Shown here: positions 17,557-20,000 of the stretch, in pieces | How positions within the stretch are numbered: position 1 is the first letter of the stretch | Layout: each line of letters begins with the position of its first letter | IMG/VR virus record: IMGVR_UViG_3300049783_000823 | Origin: an uncultured virus (IMG/VR IMGVR_UViG_3300049783_000823) | Lineage: Duplodnaviria > Heunggongvirae > Uroviricota > Caudoviricetes | Reading direction: 5' to 3' (one strand) | DNA: 20,000 nt | The notes under the pieces: generated by a model | The model's database searches: none | What the model was told of the DNA's origin: nothing | The model's input: the letters and a program-made list of their open reading frames with translations, nothing else | Translations under genes and position numbers: made by a program

Positions 17557-17783
17557 GCTGGACACCTGTATCAGAGAAGTTGCCTGATAACGGAAAGATG
17601 GTGCTTGTAACAATTAATACAGAAACACCTTGTAGTGGCGTATCTAGCTACACTCCCTGCGATGGGGGTCAGTGGTACAGATGGCAGGAGGCTGATGAAT
17701 ACAAAACAGATACTCCGTACTACAGTGACTATGATATGGAGATAACGCACTGGATGTATATGCCTGAAGCGTTTGGCACATAA
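17481..17783 (+). CDS. DUF551-family protein (cassette ORF) whose N-terminus is encoded inside attC site 1
   Basis: WTPVSEKLP...VLV...ITHWMYMPEA; its stop TAA is the TAA of the next TAAC. Confidence 0.8.
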   Translation: MMMSNEAEKQETDTTVGGLIDPVVMCWTPVSEKLPDNGKMVLVTINTETPCSGVSSYTPCDGGQWYRWQEADEYKTDTPYYSDYDMEITHWMYMPEAFGT

Positions 17784-17837
17784 CCTCGCAAATAAAGCGC
17801 GAGCTTTAGCGAGTCGAATTTAATGCCGTTGTTATAC
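17778..17837 (-). repeat. attC-like site 2 (60 bp)
   Basis: Minus strand: GTATAAC-AACGG-CAT(T)AAAT...CTTTATT-TGCGAG-GTTATGT. Confidence 0.85.
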
Positions 17838-17844
17838 GGCGAGG

Positions 17845-18153
17845 ATGAGAGGTATGGATTTATTATCTAGACCAAAAGATCAGGAACACAAGACAGTGGT
17901 GTCTTTAAGAACAGAGATGTTTAAAAGAGGTAGTGGGTTCGTTGCCGCTAAAGTTTTAACGACCCTAAAAAGAAAATCTACAGGGTTTGATATTTTAAAC
18001 GAAGGCGTATCTGAAGAGATTGAAGATCTGAGTAATATTGATGGGTTGTATACGCTCCCTGACGGTATTTATGAGCTGAGGTACGCTAACATAAGTAGGG
18101 ATTACGAATCAGGTCACTGGGAGTATTACGGCTACGAGTTGGTAGCCGTATAA
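17845..18153 (+). CDS. Hypothetical phage protein (cassette ORF)
   Basis: LPDGIYEL...NISRDYESG; stop lies in TAAC. Confidence 0.75.
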   Translation: MRGMDLLSRPKDQEHKTVVSLRTEMFKRGSGFVAAKVLTTLKRKSTGFDILNEGVSEEIEDLSNIDGLYTLPDGIYELRYANISRDYESGHWEYYGYELVAV

Positions 18154-18206
18154 CCCCTCGATTAACCGTCGAGTTTACGAGTCCGAGTTTAATGCCGTTT
18201 TTATAC
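18148..18206 (-). repeat. attC-like site 3 (59 bp, R'' AAC>AAA)
   Basis: Minus strand: GTATAAA-AACGG-CATTAAAC...GTTAATC-GAGGG-GTTATAC; related in sequence to site 2. Confidence 0.8.
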
Positions 18207-18236
18207 GGCTTAATAGTTAACAAACAGGATGATGAG

Positions 18237-18398
18237 ATGAAAACACGAGCAGAATATGGTTGTTACGAGAACTTTAAAAGGGAAAAAGAACGTGAGCTAC
18301 TTAGCGAATACAGAGCTAATCACGAGAATTTTAAAGATCAATATGATTACCCAAGCTTTGAAGACTTTTGCATAGGTAAGTGGCAATGGCTTAGGTAG
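18237..18398 (+). CDS. Hypothetical protein (cassette ORF)
   Basis: Likely start is ATG 18237 after CAGGATGA; the ORF-track start at 18192 lies inside the attC. Confidence 0.65.
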   Translation: MKTRAEYGCYENFKREKERELLSEYRANHENFKDQYDYPSFEDFCIGKWQWLR

Positions 18399-18400
18399 CC

Positions 18401-18479
18401 GCATAACCTTTGCGTTAAGCGGTTAAAACGGAGCGTAGCGGCCAACTGTTTTAATCCGACTTGCACGGCGTTGTTATGT
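18401..18479 (-). repeat. attC-like site 4 (79 bp)
   Basis: Minus strand: ACATAAC-AACGC-CGTGCAAG-TCGG(A)TTAAAAC...GTTTTAACCG-CTTAACG-CAAAG-GTTATGC. Confidence 0.85.
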
Positions 18480-18517
18480 GGCGTATTGAATATTAAATTA
18501 AAAAAGAGGATAGAAAA

Positions 18518-18670
18518 ATGGGCTTTAGTTTAGAGGGTTTATTTATACAGTTAGAGCAAGTAATCAATAATGGTGATATTAACGAGCAAGACCAGTTAGC
18601 CGAACTGATAGAGAAAATAGAGTGGTGGAAAAATTATGCTATTCAGTGCGGAAACATGAAAGACACATAA
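18518..18670 (+). CDS. Hypothetical 50-aa protein (cassette ORF, not in ORF track)
   Basis: GAGGA SD; MGFSLEGLFIQLEQ...WWKNYAIQCGNMKDT; stop lies in TAAC. Confidence 0.7.
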   Translation: MGFSLEGLFIQLEQVINNGDINEQDQLAELIEKIEWWKNYAIQCGNMKDT

Positions 18671-18748
18671 CGCTCTAGCTAAATTGGCGCTGGACGTAAA
18701 CAGAACAGGCGCGAAACTTTAACGCTCAATTTGAGCGTCTTGTTAGGC
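18665..18748 (-). repeat. attC-like site 5 (84 bp), closest match to canonical geometry
   Basis: Minus strand: GCCTAAC-AAGAC-GCT(C)AAAT-TG(A)GCG...CGCCA-ATTTAGC-TAGAGC-GTTATGT. Confidence 0.9.
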
Positions 18749-18767
18749 GCATTACGGAGAAATAATT

Positions 18768-18953
18768 ATGGAAACAAGGACAATACAGCAGCTAGCTAAT
18801 GACTTTAACTTAAAGTACTGCGAGGCTTGCAATACATCAAAGCCTGTCGATTGGGGGCAGGCGGCGCTTGCCGCGAGACAAATGGTAGACGCAATGGCCG
18901 AGAGAGGGCTTATTACTGATTCGTTACCAGAATTACAAGAACGCAGCACCTAA
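18768..18953 (+). CDS. Hypothetical protein (cassette ORF)
   Basis: GGAG SD; stop lies in TAAC. Confidence 0.7.
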   Translation: METRTIQQLANDFNLKYCEACNTSKPVDWGQAALAARQMVDAMAERGLITDSLPELQERST

Positions 18954-19007
18954 CGCCCGTTAATAAGCCGTGAGCGTCAGCGAGTCCAAACCACTGCTTT
19001 GTTATAT
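18948..19007 (-). repeat. attC-like site 6 (60 bp, degenerate L'' box)
   Basis: Plus strand ACCTAAC...GAGCGTCAGCGAGTCC...TTTGTTATAT; central motif shared with sites 2, 3 and 9. Confidence 0.7.
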
Positions 19008-19021
19008 TCAGGAGATAAAAC

Positions 19022-19186
19022 ATGACGAAGAAAGAATTAATTTTCGCTTTGCAAGATTTTGATGATGATGAAGTTATCGTAATTTCTGACGACGAGGGCG
19101 GATGGGATAATATCGAAGCAGTTGGCCGAATAGATGGAACAGCAGCGATATTTTTTGGCGGCGGTTCTCCCTTCAGTGATGAGTGA
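19022..19186 (+). CDS. Hypothetical acidic 54-aa protein (cassette ORF, not in ORF track)
   Basis: AGGAG SD; MTKKELIFALQDFDDDEVIVISDDEGGWDNI... Confidence 0.75.
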   Translation: MTKKELIFALQDFDDDEVIVISDDEGGWDNIEAVGRIDGTAAIFFGGGSPFSDE

Positions 19187-19273
19187 ATATAATCCCGTAA
19201 ATACGCGAGACGACTGGATGAACCGGTGCCCTTTGGTTACATAACCAAGAATTAACCAAAACGGAGATATAAA

Positions 19274-19597
19274 ATGAGATTATACATGATTAAAGTAGGT
19301 AAAAAGTGGGATAAAGGCGCTATTTACATAGGTCGTGGAAGTCCGCTAGGTAATCCCTTTGTAATGAGTAGTGAAATCGAAAGAGATCATGTATGTGATC
19401 TCTATGAGGACTGGCTGAAGGCTCGTATTGAAGAGCGTGATCCAAAGGTGATAGATGCCTTAAATCATATAGCCATTAAGTCTCGTAAAGAAGATGTCAC
19501 ATTAGGTTGCTTCTGTGCGCCTAAGCGGTGTCATGGAGACACTATCAAGCGCGTTATCGAAGATAAGCTAAAGTGCGGCGATAGCCGTCAATTTTGA
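19274..19597 (+). CDS. DUF4326-family protein
   Basis: IYIGRGSPLGNPF...R..VC..YE...LGCFCAPKRCHGD. Confidence 0.85.
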   Translation: MRLYMIKVGKKWDKGAIYIGRGSPLGNPFVMSSEIERDHVCDLYEDWLKARIEERDPKVIDALNHIAIKSRKEDVTLGCFCAPKRCHGDTIKRVIEDKLKCGDSRQF

Positions 19598-19611
19598 GCG
19601 CCTTGTTATTA
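19567..19611 (-). repeat. Truncated attC-like site 8 (R' lost), overlapping the 3' end of the DUF4326 gene
   Basis: Minus strand: TAATAAC-AAGGC-GCT(C)AAAA-TTG(A)CGGC-TATC-GCCGCA-CTTTAGC, with no GTT after the spacer. Confidence 0.7.
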
Positions 19612-19624
19612 TGCGCTGGGAGGT

Positions 19625-19831
19625 GTGAGAATGATTAACGTACCAAGATACACTGCATTAGAACTAGATACAGCACAAATCGTTGAGGATTACTATTACC
19701 TAGAAAACGGCTACTGGATGAGTAATGGCAAGCCAGACTTAAACCAGCCAGTCGAGCGCCACTACATTGTTGATGTTGATGGTAGGCACAGAGAGATTGC
19801 TGAAAATACATTAGACGGATTAGGGGTATAA
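19625..19831 (+). CDS. Hypothetical protein (cassette ORF)
   Basis: GGGAGG SD, start GTG 19625 or ATG 19631; stop lies in TAAC. Confidence 0.7.
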   Translation: MRMINVPRYTALELDTAQIVEDYYYLENGYWMSNGKPDLNQPVERHYIVDVDGRHREIAENTLDGLGV

Positions 19832-19886
19832 CCTCGCAAATAAAGCGCGAGCTTTAGCGAGTCGATTTTAACTTGCCTTGTTAGGC
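19826..19886 (-). repeat. attC-like site 9 (61 bp), near copy of site 2
   Basis: 19828-19865 is identical to 17780-17817 (38 bp); ends CTTGTTAGGC. Confidence 0.85.
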
Positions 19887-19907
19887 GGGAACGAACAGGA
19901 GAGATTG

Positions 19908-20000
19908 ATGGAACACTTAAGAGTTAACAAGCATTGTGATTGCACACACAAAATTACATGGTTTGCTGAGAATGTAGAAAACTGTGTTATTGATAGGGAG
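19908..20000 (+). CDS. Next cassette ORF, truncated by the window end
   Basis: CAGGAGA SD, then MEHLRVNKHCDCTHK..., open to the window end. Confidence 0.6.
   Translation, partial: MEHLRVNKHCDCTHKITWFAENVENCVIDRE

Larger units (their letters stand above)
17429..19886 (-). mobile_element. Array of attC-like gene cassettes (CALIN-like; attC on - strand, ORFs on + strand), probably continuing past the window end
   Basis: Seven essentially complete and two decayed TAAC...TTGTTA imperfect palindromes separating single small ORFs; cassette ends are mutually complementary. Confidence 0.85.

Noticed and set aside
127..18949. Minus-strand ORFs and nested alternative-frame ORFs in the supplied track
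   Set aside because: They overlap well-supported plus-strand genes and have no recognisable motifs, so they are treated as shadow ORFs.
17780..19865. CRISPR array interpretation of the repeated palindromes
   Set aside because: The repeats are divergent and are separated by 190-330 bp ORF-containing units rather than 30-40 bp spacers; no cas genes are present.
17429..19886. Intergenic hairpins as simple Rho-independent terminators
   Set aside because: They lack U-tracts, have conserved AAC/GTT cores with bulged bases, and show cross-cassette end complementarity.
1..20000. Integron integrase or other recombinase gene; introns or inteins in polA, helicase or nrdJ
   Set aside because: No ORF shows tyrosine-recombinase R-H-R-H-Y motifs, and the core genes are of normal length and uninterrupted within the window.

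Overview
Bacteriophage DNA with essentially all genes on the + strand, probably a lytic phage of a (gamma)proteobacterial host. 1-10.4 kb is a T7-like replication and nucleotide-metabolism module: family A DNA polymerase (5'-truncated by the window), CsrA, 5'-3' exonuclease, GIY-YIG-like nuclease, primase-helicase, class II ribonucleotide reductase, ATP-dependent ligase and a Pol-beta-family nucleotidyltransferase. 10.4-17.4 kb holds accessory genes (DHH/DHHA1 phosphoesterase, truncated beta-clamp-like protein, many small ORFs) and a strongly structured 340-bp intergenic region. The main observation is at 17.4-20 kb: small phage-type ORFs separated by seven essentially complete and two decayed integron attC-like sites. 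The sites have canonical attC geometry on the MINUS strand, so every ORF is antisense to its attC, the reverse of normal integron cassettes. The two ends of each gene unit are complementary to each other, as expected for independently circularised and integrated cassettes. No integrase gene is in the window. All protein calls are from motif recognition by eye; no database searches or folding programs were run.
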